From the NCBI GenBank assembly GCA_030265395.1, contig JARFYF010000054.1, positions 31,042,642 through 31,106,641 of the forward strand: a stretch of DNA of 64,000 nt, given 5' to 3'. This document shows, one piece after another, positions 13,321 to 24,860 of this stretch (its first letter is position 1; every line of letters starts with the position of its first letter). The position numbers were made by a program, and so were the translations under genes. The stretch comes from Rhina ancylostomus. Taxonomy: Eukaryota. Under the pieces are notes generated by a model. That model did no database searches. It saw only the letters and a list, made by a program, of their open reading frames with translations, and had not been told where the DNA came from.

Positions 13321-14803
13321 CTTCCTGACGCAGTACAGTTGTCATTACCTATTTTGCTACTCTGTGCTATTGCACTGTCCTATCTCCTTCCAATTTTCCC
13401 CTTCCCAGAACCCCGACTCCCAGTCTTTAGTTTGAAGCTTTATTTATAGTGCAGGTTACTCAGTTTGATATCTCCTGTCATAGCCAACTCGTGCCTTGTA
13501 TCTTTGTGGTTTGCTTTATTTACAGCTCAGATCCTGGTTTCAGATTGAGGTAAATCACTTCTAGTATTAATATAAAATACTATCATACTATAATTGTTCT
13601 TCCTTAAAGGCCTCAACTACAAAGTTATTACTTAATCCTCTCTTTTGCGCAATATTACATGTAAAAAGGCCAGTTTCCTCCTGAACACGCACATCTGGAA
13701 AAACATCTAATTTCATTATTTATCCTTCATGTTACTGCCCTTGTCTATATGTAGATTAAAATTCTACAATTATTGTATTGCCTTTGCTCCATAAATCTCT
13801 AATTTCCTGATTTGTACTGTGTCTTACCATTAATGTTTTTGGGGTCTATTGTGAACACACCTCAATATTTTCCGCCTTTGTTCCAACCAAACGGATTCAA
13901 TTTCTTGAGTTTCTGAGCTAAGATTCTTCCTCTCTACTGCCCTTCTCTCCTTTATTACACAGAGTGGTTCATGTCTGGAGTGTGGTCCCAGAGGGAGAGG
14001 TGGAATCAGATACTGTTAGGTTTAAGAGGCATTTAGACAGACACTTAAGCAAAGCATAGAAGGATACGGTCCTAATGCAGGCAAATAGGATTTGTGTGGC
14101 TGGGCCATATGGTCGGCATGGATATGGTGGGCTGTTTCTGTGCTGTGCACCTGTGACTGTTATCAAGATCCATCCCACTGCCTTGGACTATTGCCTTGCC
14201 CTTTACCTATAACATTCCAACTTTCGCTTTTGACAGAACCTCCCCTCCCATTACTTAACTTAAAGCCTTATTCACAGTACTAGTTACTCAATCTGATAGG
14301 ATACTGCTCCCTATCTTCATTCAAGTGAAGTCTGAAGTCTGTCCCAATGGAATGGCTCCCTCTTTTTCCCCAGTACAAGTACCCCACGAATTGGAACCTT
14401 TTTTTTCCCCGCATGAGTCTTTGAGCCACATATTCAATCTTCTGATCTCATTGACCACATACTAATTTGCACATGGCTCAGATAGTATTCATTCCAGTAT
14501 TTATTACCTTTTTATTCTACTTTTTAAATTAAAACTGAGCAGCTCATGCTCCAGAAGAACCTTGCCCTTATTCCTATCTATGTCATCGGTTCCCAAGTGG
14601 ACCACAACATGATCTGTCCTGTCCCAAGTTCCTAATTCTGGCAACGAACAGGCGACGTAGCTTTCAGGACTCTTGTTCGCAGCTCCACGATACCTTATCT
14701 ATATTTTCCCTGTCGGTCCTCCCCTCGTGTGTGGCCCCTGTACTCTGGTGCTGTAGTCACTTCACTCAGCTCCTTGCATTTCTCGCCCTTGTCTCTATAG
14801 CCG

Positions 14804-15559
14804 TGTTAGGTGGGGCATCCATCAGGAATTAATATAAAAAAAAAGAACCAGTATTCAAAGAAAAACCTGTTCAAATGTAAACTACAAGCAGCCAACAGTT
14901 TTGAAATTAAAAGGACAGCTTTGTAAACAAACAGGTCTGTCTACAGCGTATGGGCTACTGGCCTGCAACAGGAGGCCTCTTCAGAGATAGTGTCCCGAAT
15001 GCATTGGCCAAACGTGAGACAATGAGGGTATGTTAATCAGCCTCCGTCAAACCAGGCATCGGACACCTTCAGCTTAGATATTTTACACTATTGTGACCAG
15101 ACTTGTTATTTTTGTCATTTAGCACATCAGACGTGGAGATGGGCGTATTTCTGCTGTCAATCAATTATTGGTGTGTATACAGAGTCGGCCCTTGCAACAT
15201 TAAACATGAGTGTCTGGGGTTCCTGTCCTCAGAAGCTTTTAGACCATTCCCGAGAATTACTTTGTCCTAGCAGAAGTGTTTGAATATTCAGGGTGTCTCG
15301 AGTGTTGAGATGTGCTCCCGTGGCAAAAATGTAATTTAATGGAACCATCTGTCTAAACCCAAAATAATGAAGTAAACTGTGTCATTGTAACTATTGAAAT
15401 GGTATCCAAAGATCTGCTGTTGTCTTTGTTCTTAACACGATAAAAACTCCACGTACTTTTGAGTTCACTGAGATTCTTCAGTCGCTGCTTGTTTTGCTGA
15501 ATAAAGACCTTTTACATCTACAACTGCAGTCTCTGTGTGGCTCGTTCAAAGTCACAACA
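14804..15559 (+). mobile_element. Solo LTR (~756 bp) inserted in an older LINE remnant
   Basis: TGTT...AACA termini, TATA-like gataaaa near 15439 and AATAAA at 15500-15505. The flanks gccg/gcta are an imperfect 4-bp TSD candidate. Confidence 0.6.
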
Positions 15560-15719
15560 GCTACAAGAACGTTGTATCTGCTGAACAAGTGAAAGGACTG
15601 AGGCTTTTCCGACACTACCATCTGTATTCCTTCACCTCCCTCCCCTTGCACTTTCCTATGCTTTTGACTGACCAGTTCCACAGTACTTGTTCTAAAAGGG
15701 CAGCAACACCCTTTCGAAG

Positions 15720-17099
15720 AAGGTATCCAGGTAACTGACTCTAACCGCCCTCTGAATATGGCTTAGCAAGCCACTCATTTGCACCGTAACAGAGAAAGAG
15801 GCTGCACCACCCATCATCAACCTAGGTACCAAGTTTGGACATGGTGAAATTGACCTTGGAATATCCACCTTACTAATACTTGGAGACTGCTGTCTGAATT
15901 GAGAGCTGGCCCATAGACCAGTCAAGAACAGCTGAACGTAGTCCTGCTCAGAATCATACCTGCAAATAGTGTGTCAAAGTTCCTCCATTGTAGTACCTCC
16001 CATTCCACTGACAGAACAGACCAATCAGAGGCGACGGTTCAGTGTGGACAGGCAGGAGCTAGTGGACTTGGGTCCTGAATATAAGCTCAAGATCTCATGC
16101 TATGAGTCATACATCAGGTCAAATTTAGGGCAGGGAAACCTTTTTACCACTTTCTATCCCCCCTCAGCTGATCAATTAATGCTCTTTCATGTTGAATAAC
16201 ACTTGGAAGAAGTACTGAAAGTACTAAGGGCAGGGAATGGACTCTGGACGGGAACTTCAATGCCCATCACCAAGAGTAGCACCACCACTGACTGAGCTGA
16301 CCGAGTCCTGCGGATTAGGTTTGCAACAGAAGGGATCAATCTACAACTTCATTCTCCCCAGCCTGTGGCAGATGCCTCTGTCCATGACAGCATCTGTAAA
16401 AGTCGTTGCGCATCCCTTGTGGAGATAAAGTTCCATCTTCACACTGAGGACATCTTCCATTTTGTTGCATGGCACCACATTGTGCTACATGGATAGACTC
16501 AGAACAAAGCCAGCAGTTCAGACTAGGTATCTACTAGGCAGTGTGGACCATCAACAATGGCACAACAGCACACAGCAAAGTCAAACTTGTAATATCCCCC
16601 TTACAAATATCTGGAGGATATTACAAGACTGACTTTGTAAAGTTGATTGTAACCTCACAGAGGTTAAGGCTACACTCTACAAACTTATAGCCCAGCATAT
16701 TTTTCCCTCTACCTTTTCTATCAAGATAGAAGGAACAACCATTGTTCAATGAGTTCAGAAGGACACGTTGGGAGCAGCAGCAGGAGTACATTAAACAAAG
16801 CACCAATCTGGTGTTAAATAGCATGCGAGAGAGAGAACAATGTGAGCTACCAACCAAAGGATCAGATCGAAGATCTGCCGCATCCAGTTGTGAATGGTGG
16901 TGGACGATTAAACAGCTATGGGGAGAAGGCTTTGAGAACATCCTTACCCTCGGTGATGGTGGGGCTAGCACAAGTGCTAAAGGCACAGTTGAAGCAGTTT
17001 CAACCGTGTTCAGCCAGAAGGGCACATTGGATATTCCCTGTCAGTTTCCTCACCTGCACACTATCACAGGCTTTAGCCAATTCGAATCACTCTGTGTGG
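15720..17099 (+). mobile_element. Decayed Jockey/CR1-group (Crack/Daphne-like) LINE, endonuclease-to-linker part, ending at an N-gap
   Basis: APE-like remnants (gggaacttcaatgcccatcacc, cf. GDFN) and a WWWTIKQL linker motif. Confidence 0.55.
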
Positions 17100-17199
17100 N
17101 NNNNNNNNNNNNNNNNNNNNNNNNNNNNNNNNNNNNNNNNNNNNNNNNNNNNNNNNNNNNNNNNNNNNNNNNNNNNNNNNNNNNNNNNNNNNNNNNNNN

Positions 17200-17291
17200 C
17201 CCCCTCGGTGAGTGACAGGTGGTCTGCCGGACGCCTCCCGTGAGTTGCGGCGCTTTTTCTGCTCTCGGTGCGGCGGCGGCGGTTGATCGTT
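17200..17291 (+). promoter_or_regulatory. CpG-rich 5' UTR / promoter edge of the CHMP4C-like exon
   Basis: CpG-dense sequence (gcggcggcggcgg) directly after a 100-N gap and ahead of the ATG. Confidence 0.55.
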
Positions 17292-17502
17292 ATGAGTAAA
17301 CTTTCAAACTTCTTAAGGGGTGGCTCGAGTTCCTCGGGGTCGTCCCGCTCCAGGAAGCCGGGCCCGGGCCCGAGCCCGCAGGAGGCATTGAAACGCCTCC
17401 GGGAGACCGAGGAGATGTTGACCAAGAAACAGGAGTACTTGGAGAACAGGATTGGGAAAGAGTTGGAGATCGCCCGGAAAAACGGCACCAAAAACAAGCG
17501 AG
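17292..17502 (+). CDS. CHMP4C: CHMP4 (Snf7/ESCRT-III) first coding exon, most like CHMP4C; no further exons found in the window
   Basis: MSKLSNFLRGG...PSPQEALKRLRETEEMLTKKQEYLENRIGKELEIARKNGTKNKR, then G|gtagg, a phase-1 donor at the position typical of vertebrate CHMP4 exon 1. The paralog call (4C vs 4B) is less certain than the family call. Confidence 0.85.
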
Positions 17503-17539
17503 GTAGGAATCAGCCAGCTGTCAGTGGTTGCAGAACATC

Positions 17540-17785
17540 GCCTTGCACACTGAACCATTATACCTTACACAGTACTAGGGGCAGGGACTTTGCACTGAAA
17601 CACTCCACCTTGCACACTACCAAGGGCAGGACGTTAAACTGTGAACCATTGCATTGTACACAGTGCCAGGTGTAGGAACACTGCACTGTACACAATACCA
17701 GAGGGAGGGACATTGTACTGTATACTGTACCAGGGAAAGGGACGTCAAACTGTGAACCATTGCACTATACATAGTACCAGGAGCA
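17540..17785. repeat. Degenerate minisatellite (~30-45 bp units)
   Basis: Recurring acactgcactgtacacagtaccagg-like and ggacgtyaaactgtgaaccattgca units. Confidence 0.7.
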
Positions 17786-18729
17786 GTGGTTAATATCTGG
17801 AACTTGCTGCCAGAGGAGGTGGTGGAATCTAATACAACCACTACGTTTAAGAGGCATTTAAAATGCATTTGAATGGACAAGGTTTAGATGGATACGGACA
17901 ATACAAGCAAATGGGATTAGAGTAGATGAGCATAAAGGTTGGCATGCATACAATGGGCTGAAGAGCCCATTTCTGTGCTGTATGAGTCTATGACTCTGTA
18001 ACATTGCACCGTATAAGACATGCAAATAATAATGAACACAAACTGAAAAAGTATCAAGAGAGATGCCTTCTGATATGTGGGAGAGGAGATGTAAGCACTA
18101 TCATTGACCTTGGACACCAACGTTTCTATTTTATTAGACATGATGGAAAAAAATAAAGACTGTTAACTTGCATACTTTCTTCTAGCATCCTAACTCTAAT
18201 AGAATGGTGCATTTAGAAGCACACACCCACTTCTGTGATTATACTCTTGGACAAAAAAAAAGTCCTTTTACTTTAGCACCTGAGAACCAAGGGAAAGGGT
18301 GGAATTGCCCGCACTTGCAAAACAACCTTAGAATACTGAGCTCAGGCAACAAAAGTCCCACAGCAAATAAGATGAATTAGACATAAGGAACATTCAAAAC
18401 TGCAGCCCTAGATTATACTGGTCTGGCCAGACTTGATGGATCTACTTACATTGATGGCTAAATAATAAAATAACTGTAGATACATTTGTAAAATAATGTA
18501 AGAACAGCATCAAGAGGATAACAGAAAGATCAAGTGGCCTCAAATCTTAATATAAAGGAATATACATATTCCATATTTTGTTTTATTTTAGTTTGTTTGA
18601 AGAGTTCAGACTTGAGAAGGTGCTGGTATTAGCAGTTATTATTTTTCATGAATCTGTGATGTACATTTGTAAAGAACATGTGCAGGAGCGTAAAAGGTAA
18701 AAGTATCACTAATAATCCGCAGGTATTCC

Positions 18730-19360
18730 AATTGCAACTGAGCAAACAGGAAGGCAAACAGTATATTGGCCATTATTGTACAAGAGGAGAGACCTCTTGT
18801 TCTATTTATATAGGGTCCTGGTAAAAGAACATCTGGGAATATTAGGTACAGGTTTGGCCTCCCTGCCTAAGGAAGAATATGCTTGCGATAGAGGCAGCAG
18901 AGCAAATTTTACTAGATTGATCTAGTTTGATTCCTGGGATGGTGGGTTTGTTATATGAAGAGAGATGAACCTGACTGGGCCTATAATTTTTTTATTGAAA
19001 TAGAATCGTTACTTGACTCAAAAGGGTAGATGCAGAGATGATAATTCCTCTGGGTTTGGTTGTTTAGAACCAAAGATTACTGTCTCAAGATAAATGCTTG
19101 GCCATTCAGGATAAAGATGAGAAGAAATTTCTTCCTCCAGTGTGTAGTGAAGCTTTGAAATGCTCTGCCTAAGAGGGATGAGGATCAATCACTGAGTAAA
19201 TTTAAGGCAGAATCTGATAGACTGTTATATAAACTAAGGGAATCAAGGGACTAGTGCCACTTCATTGCACTGATAAAATATCAGCCATGATCCTAATGAA
19301 TAGTGGAGCAGGCACGAAGGACTGATTGGGCTATTCCCACTTCTATTTCTTATGTTCTTA
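18730..19360 (+). mobile_element. Degenerate CR1 3' fragment
   Basis: ctaaggaagaatatgcttgcgatagagg...agaagaaatttcttc...ttcttatgttcttatg tail. Confidence 0.7.
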
Positions 19361-19669
19361 TGAGTCTGCTATCATGTTTTTGCCTTTACCATCTATAATA
19401 CATCCCATTTACTAGTTACTGAATATATTATTTATTGTACATTGCAAACTGAACTATACTTTTGATTAGCAGTGAAATATGAGAAGTGTAATTGCTCAAA
19501 ATGGATGAATATAGAGTTCTACAAGAAAGCTGGAACTGTTTAGAGTTAATGCAGTTTTACATCGAATTAGATTCATGTATTAGAAATAAAAAAATTTGTG
19601 GCCAGTGGAGATCATTCATTAAACTGCTTTACTGCTCTCCTAACAGTTGCAATCAATGGTGATTCTTTG

Positions 19670-20600
19670 TATCCAATTCAACAACTTCTATTTACGTAGT
19701 ATCTTTAGTGTAACAAAACATCCTATATAAAAAAAATTTGTACCAAGCCACCAAGGCAAATATCCAAAAACCTGATCAAAGAGGTGAGGTTTAAGGGGTA
19801 TTTAAAAGGCTCAGAGGAAATACAAGCTTATGGACTTGGCATTTGAAAGCACAGTAGCCATTGGCAGAGTCATAAAATTTGGGGATAATTACGAGACTAG
19901 AATTGGAGGAATGCAGATTCCTGGTATGGAGGAGATTAGAGATGGCCATGCACCAATTTGAAACAAGAATGAGAACTTTTATATCCTGCTGCTACTTAAT
20001 CTTGAGTCAATGTAAGTTGGCAAGATACTAAAATAGGATGATGCAAATTAGGACATGGACAAAAGTTTTAGAAGGCTTCAAGTTCCAAAAGTATGGAATG
20101 AGAGAGACTGGCCAGGATTACACTATGTTGGAATAGCCAGATTTGGTGGTAAAAGTGCATGAAAGAAGATGAACTATGGCACAGGCAGAGCTAGGTGATG
20201 ATGTGAAAAAAAAGTAGAAACTTTTTTGATAGTGATTTTTATGTCCACTCGTATTACAGCCAAATATGATAAGCTTGTGAACATTATGTTTCACTTACTG
20301 GTGGTGGCTTGGAGAGGGAAGGAGAGTTGGTAGGGAATAGAGGCAGTAACAGGGAACAAAAACAATAGCTTGGGTTTACCCAATATAAAGAAAAATTCTG
20401 CTGATGCAATGTCACATGTTAGAAAGATTGACACTTTAGAGATGTTGGAAGAGTCACGGTGAGATAGAACTGGGTCTTATCAACATTCATGTAGGAAATA
20501 ATGCTGTGATTTTGATGTTGCTGTGAAGTAATATGTAGATGAGAAATAGCAAAGGACCAAGAATAAATTCTAAGGAAACACCAGACACATGCAAAAAGAA
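19670..20600 (-). mobile_element. Highly decayed L2-like LINE
   Basis: Purine-rich plus strand, with aactgggtcttatcaacattc resembling the reverse of the YADD region. A similar terminal segment recurs at ~24375-24515. Confidence 0.4.
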
Positions 20601-20624
20601 AAGACTTCACAGATGATTCTCTTT

Positions 20625-20737
20625 CTTTTTCAATTTTTTTAATTGGTTTCAAATCAATACAAATGGTATATGGCATCAAAGTTTGTACATATCTTACAAA
20701 GAGATCTAGTTATCACTCAAATCTTAGATAACCATAC
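20625..20737 (-). repeat. Second copy of the retroposon tail seen at 1-105
   Basis: Near-identical reverse complement of 1-105, preceded by a T-rich run. Confidence 0.7.
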
Positions 20738-20744
20738 AATAAAA

Positions 20745-21590
20745 TAAATCCACTCTGGCTAATTATTACCCATCCTCACTCATCAACAAAGTGATAAAAG
20801 GTGCCATCTATTATCAAGCAGCACCTACCAGTAACCTGCTCATCAATGCCCAGTTTGTGTCTCACTAGGAGTATTTGGCTCCAGACCTCATCACAGCTTG
20901 ATTCCACACATGAACCAACGAGCTGTGCTCCAGAGGTGCCGTGCAGGGCAGAATTTGACTCACTGTGACATCATGAATCTGTGGTAAAGCTTGTCAATGG
21001 GCCTCAAGTGGAAAACACTGCACTGGCTGGAGTCATACCTTGAAGAAGGAAGATGGCTGTGGTTGTTGGAGGTCAGTTATTCTGACCACTGGACACCACT
21101 GCTGGAATTCCTCAGGGCAGTATGCTATGGTCCTTCAATGACTGTCCTTCCATCCCAAGGTCAGAAGTGGGGATGTTCTGAAATGATTGTGTAGCATACA
21201 ATTCCATTCACTACTGCTCAACAAATGAACCAGTGTGTCCCTATATGTAGGAAGACCTCGATAACAACTAATCATGGACTGACAATGACAAGTAATATTT
21301 ATGTCGAAGGAGTGCCAGGCAGTGGCTATCTCCAGCAAGAAAGAATCTAACCGCCTTCTCTTGACATTCAATAGCCAAGACCCCCACCACCGACATCCTG
21401 GGGGTCACCACTGACCAGAAATTCAACCGAACCTGCCACATAAAAACTGCAGCTGGAAGAGCAGGTCAGAGGCTGGGTGTCCTACGCTGACTTTCTCACT
21501 TCCTGATATTCTGAAACCTCTCCGCCATCTTCAGGGCCACAAGTCAGAGTGTGGTGGGATAGTTGCTGCTTGTCTGGATGAGTCTAGAAT
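20745..21590 (+). mobile_element. Decayed Jockey/CR1-group LINE RT fragment, probably the same family as 15720-17099
   Basis: gctaattattacccatc (cf. NYRPISL), GKTLHWLESYL, ggaattcctcagggcagt (GIPQGS) and atcctgggggtcacc (ILGVT). Confidence 0.65.
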
Positions 21591-22089
21591 TAAAAGCAGA
21601 GAGATGTGGTGGATGGCTGATTTTCACTCTGAACTGCTGTATTTGAGGGCACTATTCTAATTTGACATTTGCAGATGGCGTGGAGTCTTCATGAGGCCAT
21701 AGATGTGAGATACAGAGTAAAAAAGTGTGAATTAATTAGTTGCGTTTGTTGTGTTTTTTTCCGACAGTTCTGCATTCTCAGAATTAAATGCCCTTAGGTT
21801 TCAGTACACATGCAAAAATGTGGAAGTCCTGAACTACCATGTTTGGCCAGCGATTATCCAACTGTAGTCTGCGGCTGTACTCTCCACAGTATCCAGCAAT
21901 GGAGCAGGAACTTGAATCCCCAGCACTTCCACTGGGCATTATTGGATCTGCGGGACAAGAGCCCCCGGGTATTTGCCTGGAGGCTATAAGACTGCAGGGG
22001 AGAAAGGTAGGTGAAAGAAGTTACATTTTTATCAGCTTCTGCTTGGTTTAATGCTCTAATTATTAAAAAAAAAAGTTGATTTCATTTCT

Positions 22090-22395
22090 CAGAGTCATGG
22101 AAACATCGACACCATGGACCCAGGCCCACTGGACCATGCCAACCATCAACCACCTATTTACACTTGGCCTACATTCCATTAACTCCACCAAATTTACCAC
22201 TCACCTACACATAACTTACAGCAGCCAATTAACCTACCAACCTGCACATCTTTGGTTTGTGGGAGGAAACTGGAGCACCCAGAGGAAACCCACACAAAGG
22301 GAGAATGTGCAAACTCCACACATACAGCACGTCGGGATTGAACCTGGGTTGCTGGCGCTGTGAAACTGTGACTCTATTAGCTGTGCCACTGTGTC
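22090..22395 (-). mobile_element. tRNA-derived V-SINE (HE1-like)
   Basis: The minus strand has a B-box (ggttcaatcc), the V-domain core ggtgctccagtttcctcccaca and a CR1-like tail. Confidence 0.8.
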
Positions 22396-22414
22396 TTCAG
22401 TTAATATGAACATA

Positions 22415-23215
22415 CAAATTAGGACCAGGAATAGGCCACCCAGCCCTTCGAGCCTGCTCCACCATTTAATTGGATCATGCCTAATCTTTACTTCACATTC
22501 CCAACTGCCCCCAGTAACCTTTCAACCCTTGCTAATCAAGTATTTACCTGCTCCTGCCTTAAAAACATTCAAAGATTCTGCTTCCACTGCCATCTGAGGA
22601 AGTTCCAAGAACTCACAACCCTCTGAGAGATAAAAAACTACCTCATTCCTTCCTTAAGTGGGTGATGCCCTATTTTTAAACAGAGGCCTTCAGTTCTAGA
22701 TTGTCCCACTACAGGAAACATCCTCTCCACGCCGAGACCCCTCAGGATCTTCAATGTTTCATTCAAATCACCTCTCATTCTTCTAAAGACCATTGGACTC
22801 AAACTTAGTCTATCCAACATTTTGTCATAAGATGGCCTTCCCATTCCAATAATTAACCCAGTAAACATTCTCTGAGCTGCTTCCAACACATTAACATCCT
22901 TCCTTAAGGAGACCATTACTGTATAGATTACTCCAGATGTAGTCTCACTAATGCCCTTTACAACTGATGCATAATATCCCTACTTTTAACTTCAATTCAC
23001 CTATCAATAAACAATAATATTTTGTTAGTTTTCCTAATAACCTGCTGTACCTGCACACTAGCCTTTTATGAATCATGCACTGGGACACCAGGTCTCTCTG
23101 GATCTCAGAGCTCTGCAGTCTCTTACCATTATAAAAATATGCTTGTTCATTTTTCCAACCAAGATGGATAATTTCATATTTTCCCACATTATACTCCAGT
23201 TCTGGATCTTTGACC
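22415..23215 (-). mobile_element. CR1 LINE 3' fragment
   Basis: Minus-strand ORFs LRKDVNVLEAAQRMFTGLI...RRMRGDLNETLKIL and YNVGKYEIIHLG. Confidence 0.85.
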
Positions 23216-23264
23216 ATTCCCTTCCCTTACTGATAACCCCTTTGTGGCATCCTTATCTTAATGA

Positions 23265-23840
23265 AGGACATGGAATTCTGGGCTTTATAAATAGAGGCAA
23301 AGACCTCCCAAGTCGAAATGTTTCTGTTCAACCTGTGCAAAGCACTAAAATGGCTCCAGCTGGAATATCATGGCCAGTTCGATGTGCCACATTTCAAGAA
23401 GGACTTGAGGAGTATAGAGTTCGAATAGGATATGGAAGAAATTTACGGGAATGATTCCCACCAAGAGGGATTAGATGTATGGATAGGCTGGAAAACCTGG
23501 AATGATTTTCCTTACAGTGGAGAAAGTTAATCTGAAATCTGATGGAGCTGTTCCAAACGTTAAAGGGTTTAGAGATAGAAAGCTGCTTCTAACAATTGGA
23601 GGAGGCAACATGTTATGGTGATTGGCAAAAGAATCAGAACTAAGATGAGGGGAGATCTTTTGCATGCAAGTGGAGAGGATTCTGATTGAACAGCAGCCCT
23701 CAAAAAGAAATTGGATGAAGACTTGGAGGGAAAATTGAAATTGAATGCCAGTGTGTGGGATAACTTGGATTGCACCTTAAACGAACTGATGCAGATGTAA
23801 TGGACTGAATAGCCTCTTCTTGTGTTGTACTGATCTGTGA
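23265..23840 (+). mobile_element. Older CR1-type 3' fragment
   Basis: GILGFINRG motif and a CR1-like tail (gactgaatagcctcttcttgtgttgta). Confidence 0.55.
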
Positions 23841-24529
23841 CTGAGCCCTTTTGCATGGTGAATAATTAGTCTCTGCTCTATAGTTCATTAACTATCTTCA
23901 AGTCACGTCCTTTGACAAGATGAATCACTCTCAGACTTTGCGCAAATTGTACCTTTACCAGTTGGAGGCTGGTAAAGTATTATCAAAATTAATATTCAGG
24001 AATATATGTTGATTGGCAAGATAACCCATGAGTAGTTTATAGTAACCCATGAGTAATTTATAAGTGTTTGTGCAGGGACAAACCCTGTCCAGAGACTGGT
24101 GCAAATTCCCTGTTTCTTCTTTGACTAATGCCTCTGGATCTTTTATGTCTCTTGAGAAGGCATCAGTACTCCCTCATTAGAGCCCGACCAGATTATGTTT
24201 TTAGATCTCAAATGTGAGTGCAACCAGGAAACGCTGGCTGCCATGGGTAGGTTGCTTAGATATGAAATGTAACCCTGGTTCCATAGCTAGCGGAAATGTT
24301 ACACCAACATGAACGTGGAAACATTAAAAGAAAGAATCAATTTACCGGCCCCTTATCAGCTCTCAATGGCAATAATAACTTGTATTTGTACAGCACCTTC
24401 AATTGTTGCAGAAGGTTGCTTCACAAGAGAAATATCAAACTAAATTTGACACCAAGCCACAGAAAGATTTATTAGAGTAGATGACTAAAACATTTGTAAA
24501 AGAGGTGAGTTTTAAAATATAATATTTCA

Positions 24530-24860
24530 CTCTTCATAACGCTAAGCACTTTACAGTCTATTAACCATTTTGAAAGTGTTCACATTGTAGGAAGCAGGGC
24601 ATCAATTTCCTCATAGCACCATCAGACAAAGAGCAACGTGAAAATGTACAGCTAATCTGTTCTTGTGACATGGATTGAGAACTAAGTATTAGCCAGGATT
24701 CTGTAACTTCACCTTTGTTCAAGCTGCTGATGTAGCATCTTTCACACCCTCTTGAGAGAATAAGTTGGTTTCAGTATAATACCTTATCTGAAAGTGCAAC
24801 GCTACCTCAGTATTGCACAGGGAAATCACCTAGAATTCTGCACTTGAGTCTCCGGAGTGT
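24530..24860 (-). mobile_element. Ancient DeuSINE/SacSINE1-like SINE remnant
   Basis: gcactttacag...attagccaggat...ctcagtattgcac...tagaattctgcacttgagtc pattern, with related decayed copies near 24000-24250, 28600-28700, 29450-29745 and 52870-53080. The family name is from recall. Confidence 0.45.

Noticed and set aside
17540-17785. Repeat-spacer appearance suggesting a CRISPR-like array
   Set aside because: The context is eukaryotic, and the units are degenerate tandem copies with no unique spacers or cas genes.
21840-21990. Frame reading ...SRNLNPQHFHWALLDLRDK, loosely like the STYXL1 N-terminus
   Set aside because: The similarity covers only a few residues, the frame stops soon after, and no other STYXL1 exons are visible.
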